Below are positions 48,159-61,665 of a stretch of DNA of 61,665 bases, one piece after another. How positions within the stretch are numbered: the first letter of the stretch is position 1; each line of letters opens with the position of its first letter. The stretch is from Octopus bimaculoides (lineage: Eukaryota), in assembly GCF_001194135.2 (NCBI RefSeq), contig NC_068981.1, positions 67,028,817 to 67,090,481 on the forward strand, read 5' to 3'. The notes below the pieces were generated by a model. It saw only the letters and a program-made list of their open reading frames with translations, searched no databases and had not been told where the DNA came from. Both the position numbers and the translations under genes were made by a program.

Positions 48159-49413
48159 TAGGGTCATCCCATCAATAATGCGGCTTTTCCAATTGCCTAA
48201 ACTAAAAGCCGGGAGGAGATGGGATAAACTACCTGCATTAACTTGCTATAAAAGCAGGTAATAATTTTACCTTCTACTTATTCTTAGTGCGAGTTTTGTA
48301 GAGTGCAGTTAGATTTTAGCAGTTACTTTTTCAAAGCTATGGTGGAAGTGTATTTGCTATATGATTTCTATAGAGGCAACAGCTACAACGAAAAGTGCGA
48401 GGAATATTAATGCAGTATATGGGGATCGGATACTGAGCGTAGGCCAGTGTCAACGGTGAGTACAGAAATTCCGCGCTGAAAACATCCTAGAAGATGAGCC
48501 TCGTCCTGGAAGATCTCTAGAGCTCGACGAGGACGTCCTGCAGACGCTAGTGGAACAAAATTCTATCGTACCTGTTGAGGAACTAGCAGATAAGCTTGGA
48601 TTTGGTCATTCAGCCATTCATCGACGTCAGCGCGCCATCGGAAAATTCAGCGAATTGGGTCAATGGGTCCCTCACAAACTTTCTAGGTCTAATCGCGAGC
48701 AGAGAATGAATGTGTGCTCTTTTTGCTGTCATGTCTCACGAATGAACTTTCTTAGGACCGAATAAGGTTGGTGACGAGTAATGAGTTCTCTATGAAAATG
48801 TCAAGCACCGAAGATAGTGCGTAGGGAAAGGAGAACACCGGCACCCCAGGCTAAAGGAGGTCTTCGCACACATAAGGTATTATCTGTTAATAGGATATTA
48901 AAGGTTTGGTCCACTTTGAACTTTTAAACCCAAACCAAACAATAACAAAAGAGATCTACTGCGAGCAGCTTGAGCGGCTTAAGTCAGCGTTAGAAGAAAA
49001 GGTACCATCTTTGGTTTCAAGACGAAAGGTGTTCTTCCATCAGGATAATGTTCGGCCCCATATAGTGAGGATGACATTCCAGAGGCTTAACAGGTTGAAT
49101 GAGAAACGATGCTCCACCCACCCTATACGCCGGACATTGCCCCATCTGATTATCATTTATTCTGCATTCTTCAAAATCATTTGGATGGAAAAAAATATGG
49201 ATTCTGTAGACGAGGTCAGAACAGTACTGGAGGAGTATTTTTCGTCATGGACAAGTGAAGTTTGGAAGAGGGGCCTTGCAAGTCTATCACATATATGGAA
49301 GAGCATTGTAGAAAATGAAGGAGAGTATATTTTAGATTAAAACAAGAACTTTGTTTATCTTAATTTTGAAAAATAAAAGTATAAAAAACCGCATTATTTA
49401 AGGGATGACTCAG
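48159..49413 (+). mobile_element. Full-span mariner transposon (1255 bp), transposase decayed
   Basis: TIRs tagggtcatcccatcaataatgcgg / rc ctgagtcatcccttaaataatgcgg, flanked by TA. Motifs LEDEPRPGRS, WVPHKLS, HQDNVRPH, W..G..Y. Stops and frameshifts. Confidence 0.92.
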
Positions 49414-49527
49414 TATATATGTGTGTGGGGTAGGGTTTATTGATACAAGTCTAGTAATTTTAGGGAGAGGGTAATTCGATTACATTCACCTAAATGTTCG
49501 GCGTGGTAACGATTCTAATAGCTTGTC

Positions 49528-49528
<1 letters not shown>

Positions 49529-49566
<38 letters not shown>
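49529..49566 (+). repeat. (TAA)n microsatellite
   Basis: Seen directly. Confidence 0.9.
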
Positions 49567-49569
<3 letters not shown>

Positions 49570-49570
<1 letters not shown>

Positions 49571-49954
49571 ATACCACAGATTTGCTTGTCAGTTATTTGA
49601 CCATAACCAGTTGAGCATGTCCCTTGCTGGCTGACGATATGTGCATTTCTGATCACGAGCAGAAGTAGTGGGGGAGCATCATAGCCATGTGTTGAGAGGC
49701 GTTCTTTGGGGTTTGAATAATTCACCTTTGGAAACATGGGTATTTTGCTCAACATCCTTAAACAAACCTTATTCAGGGACCTTTTGAGCGGGATGGTCTA
49801 CTCGACCTGAACAAAATTCTAACTGGGCCCCACCTGCGAGGTCATGTGCTGTTTATCTTGATATGAGATCACCATGTCGCGCACATATGGTTGTGATGCA
49901 TGTGCCTTGTGTACCCTTATCAGACGGGTAGTCATGATGGGTATATTGGGCTTT
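49570..49954 (+). mobile_element. Repeat family A, copy 3 (5' shorter, runs into gap)
   Basis: Homologous to about 8930-9310. Begins right after (TAA)n. Confidence 0.8.
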
Positions 49955-50810
49955 NNNNNNNNNNNNNNNNNNNNNNNNNNNNNNNNNNNNNNNNNNNNNN
50001 NNNNNNNNNNNNNNNNNNNNNNNNNNNNNNNNNNNNNNNNNNNNNNNNNNNNNNNNNNNNNNNNNNNNNNNNNNNNNNNNNNNNNNNNNNNNNNNNNNNN
50101 NNNNNNNNNNNNNNNNNNNNNNNNNNNNNNNNNNNNNNNNNNNNNNNNNNNNNNNNNNNNNNNNNNNNNNNNNNNNNNNNNNNNNNNNNNNNNNNNNNNN
50201 NNNNNNNNNNNNNNNNNNNNNNNNNNNNNNNNNNNNNNNNNNNNNNNNNNNNNNNNNNNNNNNNNNNNNNNNNNNNNNNNNNNNNNNNNNNNNNNNNNNN
50301 NNNNNNNNNNNNNNNNNNNNNNNNNNNNNNNNNNNNNNNNNNNNNNNNNNNNNNNNNNNNNNNNNNNNNNNNNNNNNNNNNNNNNNNNNNNNNNNNNNNN
50401 NNNNNNNNNNNNNNNNNNNNNNNNNNNNNNNNNNNNNNNNNNNNNNNNNNNNNNNNNNNNNNNNNNNNNNNNNNNNNNNNNNNNNNNNNNNNNNNNNNNN
50501 NNNNNNNNNNNNNNNNNNNNNNNNNNNNNNNNNNNNNNNNNNNNNNNNNNNNNNNNNNNNNNNNNNNNNNNNNNNNNNNNNNNNNNNNNNNNNNNNNNNN
50601 NNNNNNNNNNNNNNNNNNNNNNNNNNNNNNNNNNNNNNNNNNNNNNNNNNNNNNNNNNNNNNNNNNNNNNNNNNNNNNNNNNNNNNNNNNNNNNNNNNNN
50701 NNNNNNNNNNNNNNNNNNNNNNNNNNNNNNNNNNNNNNNNNNNNNNNNNNNNNNNNNNNNNNNNNNNNNNNNNNNNNNNNNNNNNNNNNNNNNNNNNNNN
50801 NNNNNNNNNN

Positions 50811-51065
50811 AAACAGAAACAATTCCTATCATAGTAGGTGCCTTAGGTATAATAAAAACATATTCAGACAAATACATAAGAAAAACACCAGGACTTACAA
50901 ATATATATAACATACAGAAAATTGCACTACTGGGTACTGCACACATTCTACGCAAAACACAGTAAACATAAGAGAACCACAGCAAAACACAGCACATACC
51001 CAAGGCGCACAGAGCTGCGCTCGGTAGTGAAGTGAAAGCACGTTATAAAAATAAAACTACTGAAC

Positions 51066-51130
<65 letters not shown>
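50811..51130 (+). mobile_element. R4/Dong-type family B 3' end with (TAA)n tail
   Basis: Reads TETIPIIVGALGIIKTYSDKYIRKTPGLTNIYNIQKIALLGTAHILRKTQ*. Highly similar to 1-248 with a 9-bp deletion. TAA tail at 51065-51130. Confidence 0.88.
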
Positions 51131-51132
<2 letters not shown>

Positions 51133-51299
51133 GTATCAAAGTTTGATATAAAGCCAGTAATTTTAGGGGAAGGAAGACGTTTCCAAATTTACAGTTAGAC
51201 TAGAAAAGTGTTTTGGTGATCACTCATTACTCATTCACATCAAATGCACAACACACTTTACTACTGGTGATCTGTGATTCATTTGTGAGACAGTCGGAT

Positions 51300-52400
51300 C
51301 TTCGGACTATTCGGCGCCTAGTGTTGGCACCTGCCATTTGATACTTAGCATGCATCTCAAAGTCTTTATTGAAGCCTTTCAAATAATTTGAGTTATCGAC
51401 TGTCTCGCACAAATACAGAACTGTCAAATGCGTTTGATAAAAACTCATTTAGTTCGAATGGTGACGTCACGATCTGGCTATATACACACATTTTCCAATT
51501 ATGCAAATTGTCAAATTTCCATACAAGCTTTTTGTATTAGTGTATTAATGAATGGATTGTAGTGTCTAAGCATCCATCACTTTACAAATTATTCAGAAGA
51601 TATAAAAATATTTTGACAACTTCAAATCTGGCGCCATTCACAATGATTTTTGGCTCAATGTTGCACAAGAATGAATATTACTGAGAACCGACTTGCTATT
51701 ACTCATATGTCTTTCTCAACGTCACCAGCAATATCAGCAGTTCTCGATTCAATATTTCGAACATCTCAGACTTGTTGTTAAATATTTCATCATTCGGTAT
51801 TTGCAGCTCGAATTTTCCCAACTACTAGTTTGTGACAAAATGTCACATTCGGGACTACGTAGCATAGATTACAAATATCCTGAACATCATTTTTTCGGAT
51901 TAATATAGTAGTAATGATATATCAATTATGTATATTAACTATATATAATTTAGGCCTAAGATTAATCTATTTAACATGTTATATCTTGGGTGGAAGTTGT
52001 TATAGACAGTTAGACTGAAATGCGGGCAGACTTGAGTAATAATAAACCATACTTGCGATTCCATTCCCTGAGTAACTAAGCACACAGCAGGTTTCCTGTT
52101 GCGTTCCAACTCTTGCATTAAAAGCAGCAAGTATTATCATCTTTTCGTGCTTTGGAGGTGAACAAATGGCGGTACGAAGAGATTTTTAGAATTACATAAT
52201 AGAATACTTGCTAGTTATGGAAGTTGAAAGATAAATGCAAACAAAAGATACATAAGGTCCACATAAGAGTGGAAATTGGAAATTCTTAATGCCATCGGTT
52301 ATACTGTATGGATGCTCTATTTGATGAAGTAAAGTAGTTTGGATTGTAAAAAAAACACTACAATTTCTCCTTTTGCTCATTTGCGTCTAACTCAAAATAA
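51300..52400 (-). mobile_element. Old RTE LINE relic (APE region)
   Basis: The minus strand reads VCIYLST...KSLRTAICSPPKHEKMIILAAFNARVG, matching the RTE APE motif KLIILGDFNARVG. The downstream boundary is uncertain. Confidence 0.5.
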
Positions 52401-54399
52401 TAAGAGATCAAAACATACATCACTGAGTTAATCCTCATCTGAAAGTTGCATTTGAAAGGGTGCTACTGCGTCTAACAGGCGACATTTGTCATTCATTCTT
52501 CTTTAGCATCCTCCCAACAAGCTATGTGAACAATGCTTACCAGCTAAACAAAACTGTTTAGATGCAAGAATCATCACTGAAAATCTGCTTCTTTTAATGA
52601 AAAACGTTATGTAAAGAATCCGTTCACCTTTTCGCAGTTTCATGACTAAGTACTTCTAACTACTTAAGTCTGCACACATCGCCACCTTTCCATTACCACA
52701 ACACACTGGATAGAAACCAAATTATGTAGTGATGAGAGATATATGCAAAACGTCTGAAGCTGTTTCAACTGCAAGATTTATGTATCGGTGGGCCTTCTCT
52801 TAGACTTTTCTACGAAAATTATACTAACAGGTCAGTAGGTGTCTGATTTTGGAGTTTTTCATCTCCAAGCGATTCTACTGTGCGCCAAGACACGAATCTG
52901 AATATTACTACGTACCTGTGTTAACATTTATACGCACAAACATACAAAACTATATTACAATACAAAAGCATACATTATGCTTTCTGATAGTAATCAAATT
53001 CGAATGCTTACCTTCTTCATCTTAGAAACGAAGTCATATATTGCATATATATTCTGGTATTCTTATTTACGATTGCACGTCTAATTCATACACTGACAAT
53101 TGCAAAGCCATATAAACAACAAACAGTATTTTTATATGTCTATGTCGTTGTGGATGTACATTTTAGACACGTTATTACAAGTTAGACTTGGAGATATTTT
53201 CATGTTTTTCATCGAAACGTGTCTGTCTTGATTCGTTTCTAAATTTCATTTACATACAATAGAAATTTAGTTCAAAGTTTTATTCTTCATTCATTAACGT
53301 TTGGAACCCACTACCATAAAAAATAACGTTAAAAATATCTGTAATTTAGAGAAACCTTTGAAGTCTTTTGAAGTTGTAAATTATTCCTAATAAACCAACA
53401 TTTCATTGAAGATTATTACTAAAACAGAGAAAAGAAAAATATGAAACCATAAACAGTAGTAACAATAAGCTATAATGGAGTAGGCAAAAAATCCAAATAA
53501 AAAAATAGCAAGACAAATGTTATTGTAGAATTATGAAAATATTTAAGTTCTAAAGAAAATATTTTATATTTTACTACGTTGATTGTTTCTCTGTCTCTTT
53601 AAATAAAAATTAATAAAAATTCAAGTCTTCTATTGAAGCGAGTTTGTGCCTGGATAATGTAGAAATTAATACGATAAGTAAATTGTGGTAAATCTTTGAA
53701 AAACCACAAATTAAATGGATAGAAATTTAAATTTCAAAGAAAAAAGTTTAATTGTTATTTTGTCTCTCAACAATATATAGTTTTGCAGTGAATATCCTTG
53801 AGGAAATGATTAATTATCTGATATTATCGCAGAGACAGTGTTTGAATTGCAAAAAGATAAAGAAAATAGATTATAAGAAAATTTTGAATCCTGTAGTTTC
53901 ATATGTATCAGTGATTAGTATAATTACCAAAGAAATTTTATGCTTCACGTATGCTTTCCGTTTGTGTTTTGTTATATTTCGGTTTTTCCCTTGATCATTC
54001 TGTACTGTAGAAGCGAAGATAGCGTAAAACGCAAGCCTCTGGGCTTTCGCATATTTTATTTTTGATTTCATTTCGGCTTGTAACTATTTTATTTCACTTA
54101 TATTGCCAATACTGTTTAGAAAGATATAAACGTGACCAGCTTTTACTCAGAGGTTTTGTGTTTATTTTACGATTCATCAATAACTTTGCATGGGCTAAGC
54201 CCAACCATATTATCTGATACTTATAAAACTAAATGAATATTAAAAATTCCCTTTTCCCACTCATCAAACGTCAATTCACATAATCATTCATTAACGGATA
54301 CAAATGATAGGTAAGAGTACTCAAGAACTTCTTTGTCGCTATCAACCGTAAACAATCAGCAGTTATATATAACATGATTTCTCACAATTTATAATAAAT

Positions 54400-55450
54400 T
54401 GTATTCGGTTTAAAACAACGTATACCGTTTTATTTCGTCGTGGGAAAATTACAGGATTCCAGTGTTGGCAATATACTATGCATCTTACAAAGGGAGTATG
54501 CAACAAGACCACTATTTTAGGCAAGAATAGATTTCCGTTCGGTCATAATGATTCAGAGGCAAGAACACACTTTAACCTAAAATTTACTTATATCACTCTG
54601 AATCTAAAGGCATACTGAAAAACCAAAGTAATTTTTCCTATATTTGTTTTGTAAGCAAAGATGTGTTGCAAGACAAGATGTTATCACACACTATAGTTTT
54701 GGACAAATTGTCATTATCTTCACTAATGATTTGTAACAGAAAAGGCACGGAGCGGATTCAGAAGAGAAAGCTAAATTGAGAAGTCATCGTCGAGATGTTA
54801 GGTCTGAAATTCGTGGCTAAACTTCGACAAGCATAAGAAAAGCATAATATATATCTTGCATACTTAATCCGGTTTGTGTTTCAATGATGTAGAAGTGATC
54901 ACTTGCTGCAGCTATTTTCATATCACGGTGTAAGAATTCAGTTTAGGATTCACGTGAAACCATTTTGACTTTCTGTCCTTATAGCTACATCAGTCGATTA
55001 AATTGTTACCCGTTTGTCTATGAAAGAATATCATACTAGCAACTAAAATTAACATTTACATATTGTTTGATAATTGTTTCAGTGTTTTAAATTCTCTAAA
55101 AGATGCCTACAAGAGAAAGATATATCTCAAAAGTAGACATGCAAAGAATAAAATGTTACAAGATCTGGAAATTTATAAACAAATGGGACAAAAATAGAAA
55201 TAAAACGAATACAATATCTATATTATGTTCTATCCATCCAATGAGGTAAAATAGTAAGTTAGTAATTAGATAAAATGAACAGTGAGAGAATTTGCTGATT
55301 TTCAAGCCACGTACTACAATAATTGTTATTATAGCCAGAGAAACGCTGCTCAATCGCATTATGTATGTAGAACCGTCAAAAGCAAGCTTATCACTCTTCT
55401 CTGCTACCTCATTATATATGTTTCGCAATTAAGACTAACAAACTTATTCA
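54400..55450 (-). mobile_element. Possible very old CR1/L2-like LINE relic
   Basis: YCQHWNP (LEYCxxxWxP-like) at about 54450-54480 and a KAFD-like remnant at about 55380. Confidence 0.2.
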
Positions 55451-56744
55451 TGTAAAAACATCATTGCATTGTATTAAGTCTGATATCGTTTCGAGTATTT
55501 TATAAAAATCAAAGAAAAATGTAAAATATAACGAAATAAAAGAGAAAAGAAATTTGAAAATTATAATGTAGTGTTTTCTAATTAATTCAAGTATATTAAT
55601 TTTCTGAAATGAAACTGAAATGAAATTTTATTAATTTCTTATTATTTGATATTTTAAGAATGTGACTACGAACAGTTAAGTGATTAAAAGTAAAATAAAA
55701 GACAACTAAAAAGCAAACCAAAGAAAACGAAACCAAACAATATCTATCAAACAGAAAAAATACAAATATGAAGACAACCAGTATAAAACAATTCTGTGAC
55801 TCCTAAAAGTTTAAGTTTCGCTAAATGACGTAGATTTAACATTATGAATAGTGAATAATAAATAAATTCTTACTAGAGAATTGAAATTATATTTTGGAGA
55901 CGACAGTAATTTTTGTGGCTGCTCTCTAAGTTAATATTTTTACTTAAGGGTTAATCTGAAGAAGTTAAATTATACAAAGAACTCAGAAGTATTAAATGCA
56001 TGGAATTATTAAGAAAAGAAGAATTATATATTTAGTTCCAATGACTTTTTATTGAGTTAGCTGGTAGGCAATAAGACATTTCATAAATGCACTAGACGCA
56101 TTTGTTTCAAATACTTTATAATTTAAAATTTTGAATATATAATACTTAAAGTCTGATTAGACTACCAATTAGTGAATATAAAACGTAGATGGACCAGGCG
56201 TTTCACAGTGAATATCAGGTCTTTCTATTGAGAAGAAGTGGTCAAATGTCTACATTCTTGGTAATTATTACTGTGAATAATACAGTTTCTAACAAATTAA
56301 ATGTAACGTACCATTGAAGAATGAAGGGTGAAGCCTAGCAAAAGAAATTTGAAGGATTATAAAGCAAGCTTTTCTGATAACTGCAATTATATTAATTTTC
56401 TGAAATAAAACTGAAATGATTTTCTTTCTTCAAAAGTTTGTACTGAATCTATCATTTATATAAACTTTGCAAAATGACTGACGACTGTTAATTTGTTTCT
56501 AAAACGCATCACGCATTTAACGATCTCCCTTAGAGTATCACACATGATCAGGACAAGCATCTTCATTAGAACCCCAAAAGGAGAATAATTCTATTCCTTC
56601 AAAAACAACTCCTTGTCACACACTGTTGTTTTAATTCTGTCTGATAATTGCGCAAAGGGTACACGTGTTTGTGGAATACTCAGCCACCCATACATTATTT
56701 TAACGAGCGGCTAGTTAAGTTGACCTAACAACTGAACCTTCACT

Positions 56745-56880
56745 GCCATCCATACATCCATCCATCCATCCATCCATTCCTCCCTCCCTCCCTCCCTCCC
56801 TCCATCCATCCGTCTATCCATCCAGTCAGTCAGCCAGTCAGCCAGCCAGCCAGCCATCCCTTCCTCTCTCTATCCATCCA
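56745..56880 (+). repeat. Compound tetranucleotide microsatellite (TCCA)/(TCCC)/(CAGY)
   Basis: Seen directly. Confidence 0.9.
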
Positions 56881-56989
56881 GACAAACAATAAATCGATCC
56901 AGCGATCCACCGGAGAAACATATACGTACAAACACATATTTAACCATCTAGATGGACATGCGCATAAAGGATATCATATTAAAGACGTA

Positions 56990-58209
56990 CGAGGATTGTC
57001 TGAACACTTCCTTGGCTAACAATAAAGGAATTATGTTAGAGCTGTGAAATTTTGCATTCATTAGTTTCAAAACTTCTTATTAATAACAGCATTGTGTCTT
57101 TCCAAGTAAACTGACGTCTCACTGTTCAAAGAAGACTTCTAAAGCATCTAGTGGGGACTTAACAATAGACAAAATTAGGCATCATGGTGTTATCAAGTTC
57201 TTGCAGAAAAAGGCTTCAGCCCCTCAAGGACATTCATGCTGACATGGTTGCTACATTAAGGGATGACGTTCCAGCTTTATCAACACTACAAAAAAGGGCT
57301 GCCGAATTTAGAAAGGGGAGGGAGAGTCTTCCACCGAAGAAAACATTGATCGTATTCACTGCATAGTGATGGACGACAGGCAAGCAATTGACTATAAATT
57401 CAAATAACCAGTGCAATTAGCACATCCCGTGCGAGAGTTGATAATAATATGCTCAATGAATTTCACATGATTAACGGTTCTACTAAGGGTATCACGTCTT
57501 CGGACACTTCATCAAAAGTGCACCAGGTTGATCACATCATGGAAAAATCTGACAATATTTCAAGCAGATCCAGCTGGCTTCCTTGAACATTTCCTGACCC
57601 AGGATAAGTGTTGGCGTCATTACAATGAAACAATCCATGCAGTGGATAAAGCCTTCCTCACTTGCTCCAAAGAAGGCCAAGCTTTTATCTGCAGGGATGG
57701 TGATGGCTTTAGTATTTTGAAATGCAAAAGGTATTGTGTTTGATGCGTTTATCTTCAAAAAGGTGCCAACTTGCTGAGGCAGTTGCGAGGGTTTCAAGAC
57801 TAAACACTCAGGAAAACTGACGAAAGGTGTCTTGTTCCATCAGGTCAATGCTTCAGTACACAAATCCTTGGTTTCAATGACTGCTGTGTGCATGATTGTG
57901 GCTTTGAACCCATAGATCACTCCCTATTCTCCTGATTTGGCCCCATCTGTCTATCATTCGTTCCACAACATGAAGAAACACTTGGCTGGGAACTAGTATC
58001 GCAGAGATGATGACATCATTTCTGCTGTTGGTGACATTTTGACCAAAAGATGAAAGCTTCATCAATGGAATCCAAGCACTGCAACATCGATGGAAGAAAT
58101 GGACCGCAAGTGAGGACTGCAAAGGGGGCAATGATTAAAAATAAACCTTATTTGGTCACATTCCATAACAGTATCTTGGTCAGTCTATGACCTTTTCAGC
58201 CGACCCTCG
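56990..58209 (+). mobile_element. Full-span mariner transposon (about 1220 bp), decayed
   Basis: Starts TA-CGAGG and ends ttttcagccgaccctcg. Reads DKIRHHGVIKFLQKK..DIHADMVATL..EFRKGRESL, KGVLFHQVNA..DHSLYSPDLAPSVYHSFHNMKKHLAG. Confidence 0.9.
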
Positions 58210-58907
58210 TGGTTCTGTTTTGTGTACAATCATATAGCTCCCACAGAGGAGATATGTAAGTTTATCACTATAATATCTACGTTAAATTTCTAAAATTGAC
58301 TGTAAAATATGTTTAAGTGTTCAAACAATGTGTGGGGATGGAGTATATCGAAAGAAGCTCTCTGAAAATAGTCTCACGAATTATTGTTTCCGAAAAGCAA
58401 TTTACCGTAATGTCTGTAAATACAAAATATTTTGTATCAAACATTCAGGTAATCCTTTTGGTACTAAACACGGTTCATGATGAAGATTTTCTTCTGAGTT
58501 TCATATGCTTCATCTCCTTGTTCCGTGTATACAAAATCTGTACTGTTCTAGAGACCATCAGTTGATGCCGAATTTGCTTCAATTGTCTTTTAAACTTTTC
58601 GTTACTGTCGGATAATTTGGTGATCTATTCGTGTTTATATTTCTTTAGCGATTTGATTTTGTAAACCACTCTGGGCAAGACAAAGTTGGAAAACATTTTC
58701 AAAAGAGAAAAATATATAATCATTGGCTCAGACCTCCCAGACAATAGAAAATTACTATTTGTAAATCTGTCAACGAGAGATATTCAGAGTCAGTACTCTA
58801 GAGAAGAGGTTATTTGCCAACGTAACATGGTAGTCCTGGTTTAGGACGAATGTTGCTGTAATTTAGAACCATGTGACATCGTCTCCAGCTGGCTATATGA
58901 CACAATC

Positions 58908-59185
58908 TGTGTTCTTATATTTTCGAAAAAGGGCATTTAGCACCTCCACTCAGCTCAAAACAATATCTGTGTATCACGATTTTCGGGTTATATCCCTTCA
59001 TGAGCACAGAATAATTGTTCGGCTAGATGTTGCACTGCCAAATTTCTGTTCGAAATATATAGTTTCCAAAGTGACAACTAGTCACTGATATATAAAATAA
59101 AAAATTATCATTTGTAAATCTCTCAACGAGAGTTTTGAGCTGAGCGCGGGTGCTAAATGCCCTTGTTCGAAAATATAAGGACACA
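58908..59185. repeat. 54-bp inverted repeat pair (extends imperfectly to 58800-59230)
   Basis: 58908-58961 versus the reverse complement of 59132-59185: 5 mismatches. Confidence 0.8.
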
Positions 59186-59264
59186 GCTGGAGTGCCATGT
59201 TATGTTGGGAAATAATCTTTACTCTCAAACAATGTTTAGAAACCGCATCATAAAGGCTGGGAGA

Positions 59265-59265
<1 letters not shown>

Positions 59266-59320
<55 letters not shown>

Positions 59321-59401
59321 CTCTGTCTGTCTGCCTACGTGCATGCGTGCCTGTCTGTCTGATGTCTGATATCTGTCTGTTTTTCAGTCTATTTATCTCT
59401 C

Positions 59402-59459
<58 letters not shown>

Positions 59460-59540
59460 TGTGTGTGTGTGTGTGTGTGTGATCTGTCTACTTGTGCGTG
59501 TATATATGTATATATATATATATATATATATAATAATAAT
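59266..59540 (+). repeat. (TATC)n, (TA)n and (TG)n microsatellite cluster
   Basis: Seen directly. Confidence 0.9.
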
Positions 59541-60279
59541 AAAAGAGTAAAATTAATTAATTAATTAATAATTAATTATTTTACCATGTAGTTCTGTACG
59601 TTAAAATAACCTTTTTGGGTAACATTATACAAATATTCTATAATTATAATCAGGGGTCAGCTAATTGCTTCGCCACGCGCGGAATTTAGAAATAGCAGTT
59701 AAAATACCTTTTCTGCTACCATAAATATCTTCCAGACAGTAACACACTTTTTTTACGTAGGCAAAGAGAAAAAATAACGAATCTACACGACTTAAATTAG
59801 CCACATACGCGTTTCGGGATTAAAGTAAAGTTATGTTTACTTACTTATTTCACCTCTTCAGTACAGCATTTCAAATATAAATTTGAGAGTGTTAGAATTA
59901 AATATATACACGATCAAGCGCCATCATAATAACTGATATTTAACCAGCACTTCCAAAAATATACAGTCGAATGAGAACACCTATTTACCTCTGATTATAA
60001 TCATGCTTATAATTATCGAATATTTGTATAATGATACCCCAAAAAGTTATTTTAACGTACCGAACTACTTGGTAAAATTATTAATTATTTACTACTTAAT
60101 TGATTAATTAAATTATTAATTTTACCCTTTTATTATTATTGAAATATAATTTACTCCCAGATCGAAAACTGCGGTTTCTGCGGGATTACTCGTAACACAC
60201 GTGGGTATTTGAGGATAAATATGACTGAAATTCTATTTAAAATTCTACCTCATATTCTGAGAGTTAGCACTTCGGTTCA

Positions 60280-60390
60280 CACACACACATACTCACACAC
60301 ACAACACACACACACTCACATATATATATATTTACCATAATAACACGCACATATGCACACATTCATATATTTACCATAATAACACACACA

Positions 60391-60428
<38 letters not shown>

Positions 60429-60926
60429 CAGACACAACATACACATGCATAGATAAAGTCGAATATACATCCTCTAAATTCATGTGTAAAAAAAATATAT
60501 AAATAGTTGAAAACCTTCAAAATCTGTCTGCATTCTATCTGAAATACGCAATTTACATGAAATATTTATGATGTCTCTTATATGATATTTTATTCTTTAA
60601 TGTTTTGGACTAAAATATATCGCACAGTATGTGCTATACAGAAGAACTGAAGGAGAAAGTGGGATATAGTAACGGGTAAAATCGACTTTATTTGCAAGAC
60701 ACGAATCCACACAATACGTATACACTTAAACAAAGATTCATATCTTTTGATATAGTAAAGCGCACACGCATGCACACATACAGAGGTACACCTATATACA
60801 CACTCATTGAAACGAACATAATCATTCGCACATATATATATTTATGAACTCACACACTTAAATACACAGACACACACACACATATATATCTATATTTATA
60901 TATATACTTACATATATTTACGTATG

Positions 60927-60971
<45 letters not shown>

Positions 60972-61623
60972 GTACACTTTCTATAAATCAATAATTACAT
61001 AAAAATATATATAGTACGCGTTTGAATAGTACGTCATATATAAGAAAAAAGTCAGATTAAGAAGACGAATATATAAAAGAATATTTCTGAAGGAGAGAAA
61101 AAATAGAATAAAATGTGACTATAGAACTTGGTTGAGATAGCAGGTCAGCGAACTGTTAGATCTTTTAAGGTTTACTTTGGTTTAATCCCACGTCTTCGTA
61201 TTGCGTTTATCGGGAAAGCGTACGAGAAATAAAAGCTGTCCCTTAATGATACTAAAAAGTGGATTGAGATCAATATTCTTAATCTTTGGTTTGGACTAAC
61301 GGTGCTTTCATCAGTGTTTACGTTTCAATTTCTTTGGCTTAGTTTAGAGAGGGGAAGTTGATGTTAGAGCTGGCAGAGAAATGATGAAGAGATGAGATTG
61401 TTTGAGGTAAGTAAAAGTAAAGTCTAATCGATACTACGCAAACAACCATTTGTGTTTATGTACATACATTACATACGGACGTACATACACACATATATAG
61501 ATGCGTACATACATGCATACACGTACATACATTCATATATACTTATAATATATATATGTATGTATCTGTATATATCTATGCATTGATATAAACATATACA
61601 TGCATACATAAATATATATATAT

Positions 61624-61665
<42 letters not shown>
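60280..61665. repeat. Region rich in degenerate (CA)n/(TA)n/(TACA)n tracts
   Basis: Several simple-repeat tracts interspersed with unique AT-rich DNA. Confidence 0.7.

Noticed and set aside
51227-51448. 73-aa minus-strand ORF as a terminal host exon
   Set aside because: It lies downstream of and co-oriented with an RTE APE relic, so it is more simply explained as decayed LINE.
60326-60386. Duplicated atatatttaccataataacac
   Set aside because: A slippage product within a degenerate microsatellite region.

Overview
AT-rich animal non-coding DNA (intergenic or a large intron) with many N gaps next to microsatellites. The SINE, mariner and RTE repertoire looks like an Octopus genome; this is inferred from remembered repeat families, not from a search. 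I found no credible host exon, rRNA, true tRNA gene or CRISPR array. Nearly all recognisable sequence is decayed mobile DNA. It includes several R4/Dong-type and one HERO-type restriction-like-endonuclease (RLE) retrotransposon fragments, often sitting in (TAA)n; RTE/BovB-like LINEs; an internally deleted Tx1/L1-clade LINE; a Penelope GIY-YIG relic; five mariner pieces; a Chapaev3-like relic; a Helentron-like non-autonomous element; MITE-like inverted repeats; and many tRNA-derived SINEs. The strongest candidate for something new is at 16233-16512. It is a tRNA-headed (Pol III A/B box) short element whose body folds into a minimal type I hammerhead ribozyme (16379-16424), and an internally deleted sister copy lies head-to-head beside it. 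Most long ORFs in the supplied track are microsatellite or N-gap artefacts.
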